Assembly (NCBI GenBank): GCA_945869755.1
Contig: CAMBPW010000001.1
Location: 1-32,217 of the forward strand
Source: an uncultured Gemella sp.
GTDB taxonomy: Bacteria; Bacillota; Bacilli; Staphylococcales; Gemellaceae
Length of the DNA: 32,217 nucleotides
Direction: 5' to 3'
The notes beneath the pieces are model-generated. The model saw only the letters and a program-made list of their open reading frames with translations. It searched no databases and had not been told where the DNA came from. The stretch's first letter is position 1. Each line of letters begins with the position of its first letter. This document shows positions 9,092-19,283 of this stretch, piece after piece. Made by a program: the position numbers and the translations under genes.

Positions 9092-10693
9092 TTATTTTAT
9101 TATTCCTTTAAATCTTAAATAATTTTCATAATCCATTTCTTTATTTATCACTCCACCTTCAGGTAGAATTTCTATAACCCTGTTGGCAATAGTTTGGATA
9201 AATTCATAGTCATATGAAGTGAAAAATACAGAACCTTTAAATTGTATTATACCTTCATTTACAGCTGTTATTGATTCTAAATCTAGGTGATTTGTTGGTT
9301 CATCAAGTAATATTACATTGGCTTTAGAAAGCATCATTTTTGATAGCATACAACGCATTTTTTCTCCACCAGATAAAACGTGTGCTCTTTTTAACGCTTC
9401 TTCTCCTGAAAAAAGCATTCGACCTAAAAATGATCTTAAATATGCCTCTGCTTCTTCTTCTTGTGAAGCATATTGTCTTAACCATTCTACTAATGTAAGT
9501 TTCAACCCTTCGAAAAAAGCAGTATTATCTTTTGGCATATAACTTCTTGAAGTTGTTATACCCCATTTTATTGTACCACTATCTGGCTCTATTTCTTCTG
9601 CTAAAATTTTTAGTAGTGTAGTTTTAGAAATTTCATCTCCAAGTAGTATAACTTTATCATTTGGATTAACAGTAAAACTTACATTTTTCAAAACTTCTTT
9701 TCCATCAATAATTTTTGAAATATTATCTACAATTAATAAGTCATTTCCTATTTCCCTATCAGGTGTAAATCTAACATATGGGTATCTTCTACTACTTGGT
9801 TTTATATCATCAAGTGTAATTTTATCTAGCATTTTCTTTCTACTTGTCGCTTGTTTTGATTTAGAAGCATTAGCAGAAAATCGAGCAATAAATTCTTGTA
9901 ATTCTTTTATTTTTTCTTCTTTTTTCTTATTTGAATCTTCTAACATTCTTCTTGCTAGTTGACTAGATTGATACCAAAAATCATAGTTCCCTACATATAA
10001 TTGAATTTTTCCAAAGTCTAAATCACAAATGTGCGTACAAACATTATTTAAAAAATGTCTATCATGACTTACTACAATTACAGTATTTTCAAAATTAATT
10101 AAAAATTCTTCTAACCAATTTATAGCTGCTATATCTAATCCGTTAGTAGGTTCGTCTAATAATAAAACATCTGGATTTCCAAATAATGCCTGAGCTAATA
10201 ATATCTTTACTTTTTGAGAATTGTCTAATTCGCTCATCAATGAATAATGAATTGTACTTGGTATTCCTAAACCTTCTAGCAATTGTGCTGCATCACTTTC
10301 TGCATTCCAACCGTCCATTTCAGCAAATTCAGCCTCAAGTTCTGCTGCAATAATTCCATCTTCTTCAGTAAAAAGATCCTTTAAATATATAGCATTTTTC
10401 TTATTCATTACATCCCATAATTTTTCATATCCCATCATAACTACATCTATAACTGCATTTTCTTCATAAGCAAAGTGATTTTGTCTTAAAACTGCTAGTC
10501 TTTCACCTTTTCCTAGTGAAACATGCCCTTGTTGAGAGTTTATTTCTCCAGATAAAAGTTTTAAAAATGTAGTTTTTCCTGCTCCATTTGCTCCTATTAG
10601 TCCGTAGCAATTTCCATTTGTAAATTTTATATTTACTTCATCAAATAATTTTCTATCTGCGAATTGCAAACCCAAATTAGTAACTTGTAACAT
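9092..10693 (-). CDS. ABC-F family ribosome-associated ATPase (YkpA/YbiT-like)
   Basis: Two ABC domains (GANGAGKTT, two LLDEPTN, LSGGEK) and the inter-domain linker FIARFSANASKSKQATSRKK. No transmembrane segments. Confidence 0.92.
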   Translation of the reverse strand: MLQVTNLGLQFADRKLFDEVNIKFTNGNCYGLIGANGAGKTTFLKLLSGEINSQQGHVSLGKGERLAVLRQNHFAYEENAVIDVVMMGYEKLWDVMNKKNAIYLKDLFTEEDGIIAAELEAEFAEMDGWNAESDAAQLLEGLGIPSTIHYSLMSELDNSQKVKILLAQALFGNPDVLLLDEPTNGLDIAAINWLEEFLINFENTVIVVSHDRHFLNNVCTHICDLDFGKIQLYVGNYDFWYQSSQLARRMLEDSNKKKEEKIKELQEFIARFSANASKSKQATSRKKMLDKITLDDIKPSSRRYPYVRFTPDREIGNDLLIVDNISKIIDGKEVLKNVSFTVNPNDKVILLGDEISKTTLLKILAEEIEPDSGTIKWGITTSRSYMPKDNTAFFEGLKLTLVEWLRQYASQEEEAEAYLRSFLGRMLFSGEEALKRAHVLSGGEKMRCMLSKMMLSKANVILLDEPTNHLDLESITAVNEGIIQFKGSVFFTSYDYEFIQTIANRVIEILPEGGVINKEMDYENYLRFKGIIK

Positions 10694-11043
10694 TATTTTT
10701 CTCCTTTATTAACACTTGCAATTAACTGTTCTATATGCATAGCATATTCACTTGTAGCATCATAGGTAAAAACTAGTTCAGGAAATTTTCTTATTTTTAT
10801 TTTTTTTGCAATTTCAGATTTTATAAAACCTTTTATTTTTTGAAGAGATTGAGATGTTTTAAGTTTTTCTTTTTCTCCACCTAAAACAGTATAATATACT
10901 GTTGCTTGTGAATAATCTCCTGTTAGCTTAACTTCAGTTACAGTTATAAAACCTAAATCATGATTTTTTACTTTTGTAGATAAAATATAAGTTATCTCTT
11001 TTTTTATTTGTTCTCCTAATCTATTAACTCTTAATTCAGACAT
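10693..11043 (-). CDS. rbfA: Ribosome-binding factor A
   Basis: Motifs RVNRLGEQIKKEI, ITVTEVKLTGD and IRKFPELVFTYD. Follows infB. Confidence 0.95.
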   Translation of the reverse strand: MSELRVNRLGEQIKKEITYILSTKVKNHDLGFITVTEVKLTGDYSQATVYYTVLGGEKEKLKTSQSLQKIKGFIKSEIAKKIKIRKFPELVFTYDATSEYAMHIEQLIASVNKGEK

Positions 11044-11057
11044 ATCTATATTCCTTA

Positions 11058-13190
11058 CTATCTTTTTATTTCTTCCATTACAAATACTTCAAAAATATCT
11101 CCTTCACGAATATCACTGTATTTCTCAACAGTCATACCGCACTCGTATCCGCTTTGAACTTCTTTTACATCATCTTTAAATCTTCTAAGAGTATCTATTT
11201 CTCCCTCATAAATAACAACACTATCTCTAATTACACGTACTTTTCCATCTCTAGAAACTTTACCTTCAGTTACATAAGCCCCTGCAATTATTCCTACCTT
11301 AGATACTTTGATTACTTGTCTAACTTCTGCTAAACCTATTATTTTTTCTTTGAATTCTGGATCTAACAATCCTGTCATAGCAGCTTCAATTTCTTCGATA
11401 ACTTTATAAATTATACTATGTAATCTTATATCTACTTGTTCACTTTGTGCCATTTGTTTTGCATTGTTATCAGGTCTAACGTTAAATCCAATTACAACTG
11501 CATTAGATGCTAATGCTAAAGTTATATCAGATTCATTAATTGCTCCTACACCAGTATGTATTATTCTAACATTAACACCTTCAACATCAATTTTCGCTAG
11601 TGACATAGCTAATGCTTCTACAGATCCTTGAACATCTGCTTTTATAATTATGTTCAAGTCTTTCATTTCTCCTTGTTTCATTTGCTCAAATAATGTATCT
11701 AATGAAACTGCTGAACTATTCTGACGTTGACTTTCTATATACTGTTGCTGACGAGTCTCCCCAATTTGACGAGCTGTTTTTTCATCACCAAATACTACAA
11801 ATCTATCTCCAGCATTAGGAACATCTTGTAATCCTGTTATTTCTACAGGTGTTGACGGTTTGGCATAATTAATATTTTTACCTCTGTCATTAATCATTGC
11901 ACGAACACGTCCAAATGTATTACCTACAACTATTGGATCTCCTACATTTAATGTACCACTTTGAACTAATAAAGTTGCAACAGCTCCACGTCCTTTATCA
12001 AGTTTTGCTTCAATTACTGTACCTAGTGCAAGTCTATTAGCATTAGCTTTGATTTCTTGCATATCTGCTACTAATAATACCATTTCTAACAATTCATCAA
12101 TACCTTCACCTTGTAATGCTGAAATTGGTACAAATATAGTATCTCCTCCCCAATCTTCTGGCATTAAACCTCTCTCTGCTAATTCTCCCATTACTTTATC
12201 TGGATTAGCTTGTGGTTTATCCATTTTATTAACTGCAACAATTATAGGTACATTTGCTGCTTTAGCATGATTTATTGCTTCTATCGTTTGAGGCATAACT
12301 CCATCATCAGCTGCTACAACTAAAATAGTAATATCTGTTACTTGTGCTCCTCTTGCTCGCATAGTTGTAAATGCTGCGTGTCCAGGAGTATCTAAGAAAG
12401 TAATTTTTCTATCATTTACTCTTACTTGATAAGCACCAATATGTTGAGTAATACCACCAGCTTCTCCAGCAGTTACTTTTGTATTTCTAATAGTATCTAA
12501 TAAAGTTGTTTTTCCGTGATCTACGTGTCCCATTATAGTAACAATAGGTGGACGAACTTTAGTATTCTTCTCATCTTCTTCTACTTCAAAATAGATATCT
12601 AAATCTTCTCTATTAATTTCAATTTCTTTTTGAATTTCTTTTCCATAATCAATGGCTATTAATTCTATCTGTTCAATTGTTAATGACTGATTTATATTTG
12701 CCATTATTTTTAATTCTACAAATAATTTTTTTATTAATTCGGTAGAATTTATTTTTAAAGCTGTTGCTAACTCTCCTACAGTCATTCCATCTTTTACTAG
12801 TATAGTATCCTCTGAAATATTTTCTTCTGTTGGTACATCTATAATTGCAGGTTGTTGTTTATTTTGTTTTTTATTTTTTTCTTTTTTTATTTTTTTCTTT
12901 TTACTTTTTTTAGTTAAATTGAACATTTCTTCATCATAATTATCATAATCATAATCTTTAATTGATTTTTTATTCAATTTATTTTTTTCCGATTTATTTT
13001 CTATTTTCTTTTCTATTTTTTTCTCTTCTTTTTTATAAAAAATACTATTTAATTCATTTAATGCTTCTTTTGTCAACATCGACATATGATTTCCTATTTC
13101 AATGTTTGCATTCTTTAATAAATTTATTATTTCTTTTGAAGATTTATCTACTTTTTTTGCATATTCATGTACTCTAATTTTTTCTGTCAT
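11058..13190 (-). CDS. infB: Translation initiation factor IF-2
   Basis: Motifs [35 protein letters not shown] and [11 protein letters not shown]. Confidence 0.98.
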   Translation of the reverse strand: MTEKIRVHEYAKKVDKSSKEIINLLKNANIEIGNHMSMLTKEALNELNSIFYKKEEKKIEKKIENKSEKNKLNKKSIKDYDYDNYDEEMFNLTKKSKKKKIKKEKNKKQNKQQPAIIDVPTEENISEDTILVKDGMTVGELATALKINSTELIKKLFVELKIMANINQSLTIEQIELIAIDYGKEIQKEIEINREDLDIYFEVEEDEKNTKVRPPIVTIMGHVDHGKTTLLDTIRNTKVTAGEAGGITQHIGAYQVRVNDRKITFLDTPGHAAFTTMRARGAQVTDITILVVAADDGVMPQTIEAINHAKAANVPIIVAVNKMDKPQANPDKVMGELAERGLMPEDWGGDTIFVPISALQGEGIDELLEMVLLVADMQEIKANANRLALGTVIEAKLDKGRGAVATLLVQSGTLNVGDPIVVGNTFGRVRAMINDRGKNINYAKPSTPVEITGLQDVPNAGDRFVVFGDEKTARQIGETRQQQYIESQRQNSSAVSLDTLFEQMKQGEMKDLNIIIKADVQGSVEALAMSLAKIDVEGVNVRIIHTGVGAINESDITLALASNAVVIGFNVRPDNNAKQMAQSEQVDIRLHSIIYKVIEEIEAAMTGLLDPEFKEKIIGLAEVRQVIKVSKVGIIAGAYVTEGKVSRDGKVRVIRDSVVIYEGEIDTLRRFKDDVKEVQSGYECGMTVEKYSDIREGDIFEVFVMEEIKR

Positions 13191-13500
13191 CGATATATCC
13201 TCCTTTATTAATCAATTCTTTTATTTTTTGGGAAAATCCTAAATCGGTAATTGCTATTGCTACTCTATTTTGTTGTCCGATAGCTGCACTTATTTGTTCG
13301 CTACTAAAAGCTATAATTACCTCTATTTCATAATACTTTGCTTTATTATATAAATTTTTTGATGTATTTTTTCCACAATCTTCTGATACAATAATTAGCT
13401 TTGCGGTTTTATTTCTTATTTCTTTTAAAATTAAATCTTCACCTGTAACAAGTTTACCTGCTCTTTTAGATAAACCTAATAAATTGAAAACTTTTTTCAT
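13174..13500 (-). CDS. ylxQ: L7Ae/L30e-family RNA-binding protein YlxQ
   Basis: Motifs [15 protein letters not shown] and SAAIG. Canonical position between ylxR and infB. Confidence 0.88.
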   Translation of the reverse strand: MKKVFNLLGLSKRAGKLVTGEDLILKEIRNKTAKLIIVSEDCGKNTSKNLYNKAKYYEIEVIIAFSSEQISAAIGQQNRVAIAITDLGFSQKIKELINKGGYIDDRKN

Positions 13501-13787
13501 TATTTTGTAGGAATCGACTTTCTATATATTAATCTTATTACTTCATTATAGATTGGTTCCATTTCCTCTTTTGAAGAATCGAAATATTTTTCTAACTTAT
13601 TTTTTAATCTTGCTTCTTCAACTTTTGATAATTCAGTAACTACATAAGCTCCTCTTCCTGCTTTTTTTCCTGTTATATCAACTGATATTTCCCCTTCTTT
13701 ATTTTTAACTATTCTAATTAAATCTTTTTTAGGGAACATTTCATTTGTAAGTATACATTTTCTACTAGGTATTTTTCTTTTTTTCAT
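13500..13787 (-). CDS. ylxR: YlxR / RnpM (DUF448) RNA-binding protein
   Basis: Motifs KIPSRKCILTNEMFPKKDLIRIV and TGKKAGRGAY. Follows nusA. Confidence 0.92.
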   Translation of the reverse strand: MKKRKIPSRKCILTNEMFPKKDLIRIVKNKEGEISVDITGKKAGRGAYVVTELSKVEEARLKNKLEKYFDSSKEEMEPIYNEVIRLIYRKSIPTK

Positions 13788-13804
13788 AGCAAATCTCCTT
13801 ACTT

Positions 13805-14833
13805 TTATGATGTTTTAATATCAATTTTCCAATTAGTTAATTTTGCAGCAAGCCTTACATTTTGTCCTTTTTTTCCAATTGCTAATGATAATTGATCTTC
13901 TGAAACTTCAACTTCTGCAACTTTATTTTCTTCATCTATAGTTATATTTAATACTTTTGCTGGTGCTAAAGAATTAATTATAAACTTATCAACATCTTTA
14001 CACCACGGAACTATATCTATTTTTTCATCATTTAATTCTTCTACTATTCTCCTAACTCTGTCTCCTGAAGGACCTACACACGCTCCTACAGCATCAATAT
14101 TTTTATCTTCTGAATATACTGCTATTTTTGTTCTTTCTCCTGCTTCTCTTGATACACTCTTAATTTCTACTGTACCATCATAAATTTCAGGTACTTCTTG
14201 TTCAAATAATCTTTTTATAAAGTCAGCATGAGAGCGTGAAACTAATACATGTGGTTTACTTCCTTTTGTAGGATTAGAAACTTTAACTATATATACTTTT
14301 ATAGGAGCTTGTGGAATATAAATTTCTCCTGGTACTCTTTCGTTTTCTCCTAATATAGCTTCTATTTTACCTAGTTTTACATATACATATCGTGAATCAA
14401 CTCTATCTATATACCCAGATTTTATTTCGCCTTCATAATCAATATATTCATTGTATAATACTTCTTTTTCTGCATCTCTTAATCTCTGCATTAGAGCCTG
14501 TTTTGCTGCTTGTGCACCTACTCTACCAAAATCTTTTGGAGTATCTACCTCTTCATATATATCTCCGACTTCGTAAGCAGGATTAACTTTTAATGCTTCT
14601 TCTAATGGAAATTCTATTCTTTCATCATAAACTTCTTCTACAACATCTTTACGAATTATAAATTTATAATCTCCTGTTTTTCTATTGAAATCTAATCTTA
14701 CATTTTTTGAAGCATTAAAATTTTTCTTATATGCTGAAAGTAATGCAGTTTCTATTGCTTCAAATAATATTTCTCTTGATATTCCCTTTTCTGCTTCAAT
14801 TAAGTCTATTGCTTTTAGCAATGCTTTGCTCAT
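13805..14833 (-). CDS. nusA: Transcription termination/antitermination factor NusA
   Basis: Motifs FGRVGAQAAKQ, VPEIYDG, REAGERTKIAV and QLSLAIGKKGQNVRLAAKLT. Confidence 0.97.
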   Translation of the reverse strand: MSKALLKAIDLIEAEKGISREILFEAIETALLSAYKKNFNASKNVRLDFNRKTGDYKFIIRKDVVEEVYDERIEFPLEEALKVNPAYEVGDIYEEVDTPKDFGRVGAQAAKQALMQRLRDAEKEVLYNEYIDYEGEIKSGYIDRVDSRYVYVKLGKIEAILGENERVPGEIYIPQAPIKVYIVKVSNPTKGSKPHVLVSRSHADFIKRLFEQEVPEIYDGTVEIKSVSREAGERTKIAVYSEDKNIDAVGACVGPSGDRVRRIVEELNDEKIDIVPWCKDVDKFIINSLAPAKVLNITIDEENKVAEVEVSEDQLSLAIGKKGQNVRLAAKLTNWKIDIKTS

Positions 14834-14849
14834 TTTTTTATTCTCCTTA

Positions 14850-15314
14850 TTAAAATTTAACTGCTAACCTTATTTTAGCAATTTTTTTATAGTTTATATT
14901 TATTGTTTTAGTTTTTGTCTTATCTTTGTACTCTAAACATATATTATCATCTTCTACTGATAATATATCTCCATAAAATTCTTTTTTATTGTCCATTTTT
15001 TCATAAGTTTTTATATATGTATGTAATCCAACAGAATTTTTTATTTCTTCTAAATTTCTAAGTTCTCTTTCTATACCTGGCGAACTAATCTCTAAATAAT
15101 ATTTATCTTTAATAAAATCTTCTCTATCTAATTCTTCTGCCATAAGTTCACTTAATTTCACGCAATCATCTAATGTTAGAGAGCCATTTTTATCAAAGTA
15201 TATTCGTAAAAAATATTCAGTTCCTTCTTTAATATACTCTACATCATATAAGCTGTAATCTGTGTTTTCAATTTTTTTTATAGCAATCTCTTTTACTTTT
15301 TCTACTATATTCAT
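14850..15314 (-). CDS. rimP: Ribosome maturation factor RimP
   Basis: Motifs LDDC and YYLEISSPGIEREL, C-terminal IAKIRLAVKF. First gene of the nusA-infB operon. Confidence 0.95.
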   Translation of the reverse strand: MNIVEKVKEIAIKKIENTDYSLYDVEYIKEGTEYFLRIYFDKNGSLTLDDCVKLSELMAEELDREDFIKDKYYLEISSPGIERELRNLEEIKNSVGLHTYIKTYEKMDNKKEFYGDILSVEDDNICLEYKDKTKTKTININYKKIAKIRLAVKF

Positions 15315-15338
15315 TTTACACCTCTCTTAAACAAATAC

Positions 15339-15370
15339 AAAAGAGCGGAGAAATTAAATCCACCACTCTT
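15339..15370 (-). promoter_or_regulatory. rimP-leader terminator/attenuator-like hairpin
   Basis: Minus strand AAGAGTGG...CCGCTCTTTT between the promoter and the rimP RBS. This matches the AAGAGTGG..CC(A/G)CTCTT stem known from Bacillota rimP leaders. Confidence 0.7.
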
Positions 15371-15395
15371 AAAGTTAGTTTATTTACTTTTTTTG

Positions 15396-15425
15396 ATTGT
15401 AACATATATAATAAGCACTTGTCAA
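15396..15425 (-). promoter_or_regulatory. Sigma-A promoter of the rimP-nusA-infB operon
   Basis: TTGACA (15425-15420), 18-nt spacer containing the extended TG, and TACAAT (15401-15396). Confidence 0.75.
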
Positions 15426-15434
15426 ATAAAATAA

Positions 15435-15776
15435 TTACTTTTTATATATTTCTTCTTTAATTACTGAAATTATAGTTTCTATTTCTTCATTCAAATTTTT
15501 GTCTAATTCTTCTTTAGTAATTATGTTATCATTAAATGCTGTAGTATATCCTAAAATAATAGATAAAGAATTCTTTATTTTATGAAGAATAAATTTCTTT
15601 TTTTCTTCATTTTTATCAAATGTATTACTTTTTTTATATATAATAAAAATATTTAATAATAATAAAATAATTATTATTGGTATAATAATATAATTAGATA
15701 TTAGTTGAAATATTGATATAACTAATGTTATCAAAATTAAAATATTTACTATTATTAAACTATGAAGATTGCTCAT
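15435..15776 (-). CDS. Small membrane protein with a HisKA/DHp-like domain and no ATPase domain
   Basis: Hydrophobic residues about 7-47 (probably two helices), then FILHKIKNSLSIILGY (H-box-like, His65) and a second amphipathic helix. Overlaps the end of rsmI by 17 nt. Confidence 0.6.
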   Translation of the reverse strand: MSNLHSLIIVNILILITLVISIFQLISNYIIIPIIIILLLLNIFIIYKKSNTFDKNEEKKKFILHKIKNSLSIILGYTTAFNDNIITKEELDKNLNEEIETIISVIKEEIYKK

Positions 15777-16590
15777 GATATAAATTATATACCTTTCTTT
15801 TGTTTATATTATATTTATTTGAAATAATCTTTATAGCTTCTGAATTTTTCATTCCATTATTAGTAAGAGCATTTATTTCTTCAAGTAATTTATTATCATC
15901 TATTTTCTCTAATTCTTTTTCTCCCGGAGATATTATAACTACAAATTCTCCTTTTTCTTTTATTTTATTTTCTGCAAATAACTCTAAAATATTTTTTACT
16001 TTATTAGTTTCTACTTGTTCATATATTTTTGTTAATTCTCTTGCAATAGAAATAACTCTATTTCCATCATAAGATGCTATTGTTTCTAAAAGTTTTAAAA
16101 CTCTATGTGGTGATTCATAAATAATAGCTGTAGTTTCTTGTTTTAATATATTTTTTACTTTATTTGATAATTCACTTGTTTTTCGAGGTAAAAATCCATA
16201 AAATGTATAATTATAAGATTCAATTCCACTAGAAATCAATGCGGTTAGTCCTGCATTTGCTCCAGGTATTGCAAATACATTAATATTTTTTTCTCGACAT
16301 TTTTTTACTAATATATACCCTGGATCTGATATACATGGCAACCCTGCATCAGATACTAAGGCTACTTCATTCCCTGCTAATATGTATTCAATTATTTTAT
16401 TACTACTTTTTTCTTCATTATGTTCATGATAACTAATTAATTTTTTATCTTTTATTTCAAAATGATTTAATAATTTTTGTGTATTTCTAGTATCTTCACA
16501 AGCTATAATATCAACATTAGACAAAATTTTTAAGGCTCTTATTGTAATATCTTCTAAATTACCTATTGGGGTTGCTACTAAATATAACAT
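15760..16590 (-). CDS. rsmI: 16S rRNA (cytidine1402-2'-O)-methyltransferase
   Basis: Motifs LYLVATPIGNLEDIT, ACEDTR, VSDAGLPCISDPG, YESPHR, RELTKIYE and KGEFV. Confidence 0.96.
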   Translation of the reverse strand: MLYLVATPIGNLEDITIRALKILSNVDIIACEDTRNTQKLLNHFEIKDKKLISYHEHNEEKSSNKIIEYILAGNEVALVSDAGLPCISDPGYILVKKCREKNINVFAIPGANAGLTALISSGIESYNYTFYGFLPRKTSELSNKVKNILKQETTAIIYESPHRVLKLLETIASYDGNRVISIARELTKIYEQVETNKVKNILELFAENKIKEKGEFVVIISPGEKELEKIDDNKLLEEINALTNNGMKNSEAIKIISNKYNINKRKVYNLYHEQSS

Positions 16591-16600
16591 ATTTTTTCCT

Positions 16601-16918
16601 TCACTTATTTTTTTCTAAATTTTTATTTATTCTATCAATTATCATTTTTTTATCTTTAGTTAAATTATATTCTATGTATTTTACTTTATTTTTTTTCGAA
16701 AGTTTTTTTAACAATATTTCATTTTTTATAGCTTCTGATTTATTTTCATATTCATCATAATAAATTAAAACAACAGGCGTTCTTCCTTTAGTATATTTAG
16801 CTCCTTTTTTTAAATTATGAACTAAAACTCTTTTATTTAAGTCAGTAGTATATCCAATATAGTAACTATCATCATTACATTTTAAAATATAAACATATGC
16901 TTTATTAATCAATTCCAT
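16601..16918 (-). CDS. yazA: GIY-YIG nuclease family protein (YazA/UPF0213)
   Basis: Motifs YVYILKCNDDSYYIGYTTDLNKR and GAKYTKGRTPV. Canonical position before rsmI. Confidence 0.88.
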   Translation of the reverse strand: MELINKAYVYILKCNDDSYYIGYTTDLNKRVLVHNLKKGAKYTKGRTPVVLIYYDEYENKSEAIKNEILLKKLSKKNKVKYIEYNLTKDKKMIIDRINKNLEKNK

Positions 16919-17636
16919 AAACCTTTTTCATATCTTCTGTGTAACTACCATCTTCGTTATAAATGTACATAGGTTGTTCAATTTTTATATCATTAACACT
17001 AGAAATACTACCTTCAATTAAAACTATTTTACTATTACTACTACTTTTTTTACTATAAACAAATTTTATTCTTTTTATAGCAAGAGAATTATCATTAAAA
17101 GTTTTTATAATATCAGCTATTCTATAACTTCTATGAACCAAAGAAAATTTACCATTTTGCTTTAATAAATATTTTACAGCTAAAGCTACATCATTTAAAT
17201 TACATAATATTTCGTGTCTAGAAATACTATGATTAGTTTTTTCTTTAATATTAGGCATATTTTCAATAGGAAAATATGGCGGATTACAAACAATATAATC
17301 AAAAGACGAAGGCATAAAATAAGATTTTATATTTTTTATATCTCCTTCTATTGCATTTATATCTTGTAATTTATTTAATAATATATTTTTTTTAGACAAG
17401 TTTACTAAATCTTGTTGTATTTCAAACATTGTAATATTTGAATTAGTTTTTTCTCTAAGTAATATTGATATTGCACCATTACCTGAACATAAATCAATAA
17501 TTTTTTTATATACTTTTTTAGGAACATTAGAAAAATTGGCTAATAAAAAAGAATCTGTTGATACACTATAATAGTCTTCATATTGTATTAATTTATAATT
17601 ATCAGATAAATTATCTATCCTTTCTTTCTTATGCAT
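16905..17636 (-). CDS. yabB: tRNA1(Val) A37 N6-methyltransferase-like protein (YabB/TrmN6)
   Basis: SAM motif IDLCSGNG, catalytic NPPY, and RHEI. Start moved to ATG 17636 (MHKKERID) with GGAG upstream. Confidence 0.88.
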   Translation of the reverse strand: MHKKERIDNLSDNYKLIQYEDYYSVSTDSFLLANFSNVPKKVYKKIIDLCSGNGAISILLREKTNSNITMFEIQQDLVNLSKKNILLNKLQDINAIEGDIKNIKSYFMPSSFDYIVCNPPYFPIENMPNIKEKTNHSISRHEILCNLNDVALAVKYLLKQNGKFSLVHRSYRIADIIKTFNDNSLAIKRIKFVYSKKSSSNSKIVLIEGSISSVNDIKIEQPMYIYNEDGSYTEDMKKVYGID

Positions 17637-18441
17637 TTGTAAAAGCTCCATCTGTAAACTGTTCAATTTTAACAGCGATAACATCTCCATTTTCTGTAGA
17701 CTTTAGCATAACTAATTCTTTAATAGGATCGATATCTTTTAAGATATATTCTTTGTCATTATATATTATACTGCTATTTATATCTGGAAATAATGATGCA
17801 ACTTTTTTATAATAATCATTTTCATATTTCAGGCAACATAGTAATTTCCCACAAACTCCTGTTACTTTAGAAATATTGAAAATTAAATTTTGTTCTTTTA
17901 CCATTTTAATTGAAACTTGATGAAAATCTGTTAAGAAATTTGTACAGCACAAAGGTTTTCCACACGGACCTAAACCAGAAATTTCTTTGCTATGTTCTCT
18001 TTCTGTAACTTGATAAAGCTCTATTTTAGTTTTAAAAATCATTGCCAATTCTTTTAATAAATCTCTAAAATCAACTCTACCTTCACTAAAATATAAAAAA
18101 GTTAATTTGTCCCGATTTAAAGAATAATATGTAGTAATTAATTTCATATCAAGATCTAATCTAAAAATAACATTTGTTGCGATTTCAAGTATTCCTTCCT
18201 TGTATTTTTTGTTACTTTCATATTTCAAAATATCTTTGTCAGTTGCTTTTCTAGAAATAGTATATTCATCAACATTTAATTCACTACTATTATAATTGTT
18301 TTTTGAAAGAATTTCCCCTAGATATTGAACTTGTCCATCTGAAAGTACAACTATGTCGCTATTCATATAGTAAGAAGATACATTTTTCAAATAACAAATT
18401 TTATTTTTTTCTAATAATTTTATAACTGAAACTTCATTCAT
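17629..18441 (-). CDS. ricT: RicT/YaaT (PSP1 C-terminal domain) Fe-S regulatory complex subunit
   Basis: Motifs GRVDFRDLLKELA, GLGPCGKPLCC and GVCGKLLCCLKYE. Follows holB. Confidence 0.92.
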   Translation of the reverse strand: MNEVSVIKLLEKNKICYLKNVSSYYMNSDIVVLSDGQVQYLGEILSKNNYNSSELNVDEYTISRKATDKDILKYESNKKYKEGILEIATNVIFRLDLDMKLITTYYSLNRDKLTFLYFSEGRVDFRDLLKELAMIFKTKIELYQVTEREHSKEISGLGPCGKPLCCTNFLTDFHQVSIKMVKEQNLIFNISKVTGVCGKLLCCLKYENDYYKKVASLFPDINSSIIYNDKEYILKDIDPIKELVMLKSTENGDVIAVKIEQFTDGAFTNA

Positions 18442-18449
18442 AAATCCTC

Positions 18450-19283
18450 CTAAGAAAGTATTAACTGCTGTTTTTCTAATATCAATTTAGCTAAAAATGA
18501 TTCTAAAACTAATATTGGCGAAACGTTAGAATTAAGAAAAATTTTAGATTCTAATATATTGGAATAAATTTGTGTATAATTTTTTATATTTAATTCAAGT
18601 ACATTTGTATTATTTTTATAGTTTTCTAATAATATATCAAAAAAATAATTAATATCTTCTTTTGTAGTTAATTGCTCAATTAAATTTAAACTACTAATAT
18701 TCATATTGATTTTGCAGTCTGTAATATATTTATTAACAATATTTAATATTCTTTCTTTTTCTGTACTATTTTTTATCTCTAAATCATCTCGGAAGTTTGA
18801 AAATATGTTTATAGTTTGGCATCTTGAAATTATTGTATTTAAAACCATACTTTTATTTTCTGTACTTAAAATAATTATAATATTATCTTCTGGTTCTTCC
18901 AAAACTTTTAACAAGCTATTAGCAGCCTGTTGAGTTAATTTATCAACATTTTTTATCCAATATATTTTTCTCCCATATATTGATTTTAAATTTGCCTCTT
19001 GTTTTATTTTTAAAATATCTTCTTTTTTTATATTACCTTCTTGCTCTAATATATAAAAATCTAAATAATTGTTATTATTAATATTTTTACAAACTTTACA
19101 ATTATCACAAAAATTATAATTATTTGTACTATTATCACAAAATAAAGTTTTAACAAAAGAATATATTTCAATATTTATAGCATCACTGCTCTGCCCATAA
19201 AACAAATACGCATGAGATAACTTATTATTTTTTATTGAGTTAATCAAATATTTATTAAAAATTCTGTTATTATCTATTTCCAT
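18450..19283 (-). CDS. holB: DNA polymerase III delta' subunit
   Basis: Motifs LSHAYLF, Cys cluster C..CDNCKVC, AANSLLKVLEEP and TIISRCQ. Lies between tmk and ricT. Confidence 0.88.
   Translation of the reverse strand: MEIDNNRIFNKYLINSIKNNKLSHAYLFYGQSSDAINIEIYSFVKTLFCDNSTNNYNFCDNCKVCKNINNNNYLDFYILEQEGNIKKEDILKIKQEANLKSIYGRKIYWIKNVDKLTQQAANSLLKVLEEPEDNIIIILSTENKSMVLNTIISRCQTINIFSNFRDDLEIKNSTEKERILNIVNKYITDCKINMNISSLNLIEQLTTKEDINYFFDILLENYKNNTNVLELNIKNYTQIYSNILESKIFLNSNVSPILVLESFLAKLILEKQQLILS

Noticed and set aside
9200-9660. Degenerate second Walker A (GDEISKTT) and H-loop (SYD) in the ABC-F protein
   Set aside because: Similar degeneracy occurs, as I recall, in staphylococcal YkpA-type orthologues. 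It is not evidence of a pseudogene or of an antibiotic-resistance ABC-F.
12860-13040. Low-complexity T-rich stretch and short (GATTAT)-type repeats within infB
   Set aside because: It encodes the normally variable Lys-rich N-terminal linker of IF2 and the frame is intact.
16601-16918. GIY-YIG nuclease beside an NPPY methyltransferase as a possible restriction-modification or defence pair
   Set aside because: These are the conserved housekeeping yazA and yabB (tRNA m6A) genes in their standard operon.
19150-19225. Missing P-loop in HolB
   Set aside because: Delta' is a catalytically inactive AAA+ subunit and a degenerate Walker A is common.
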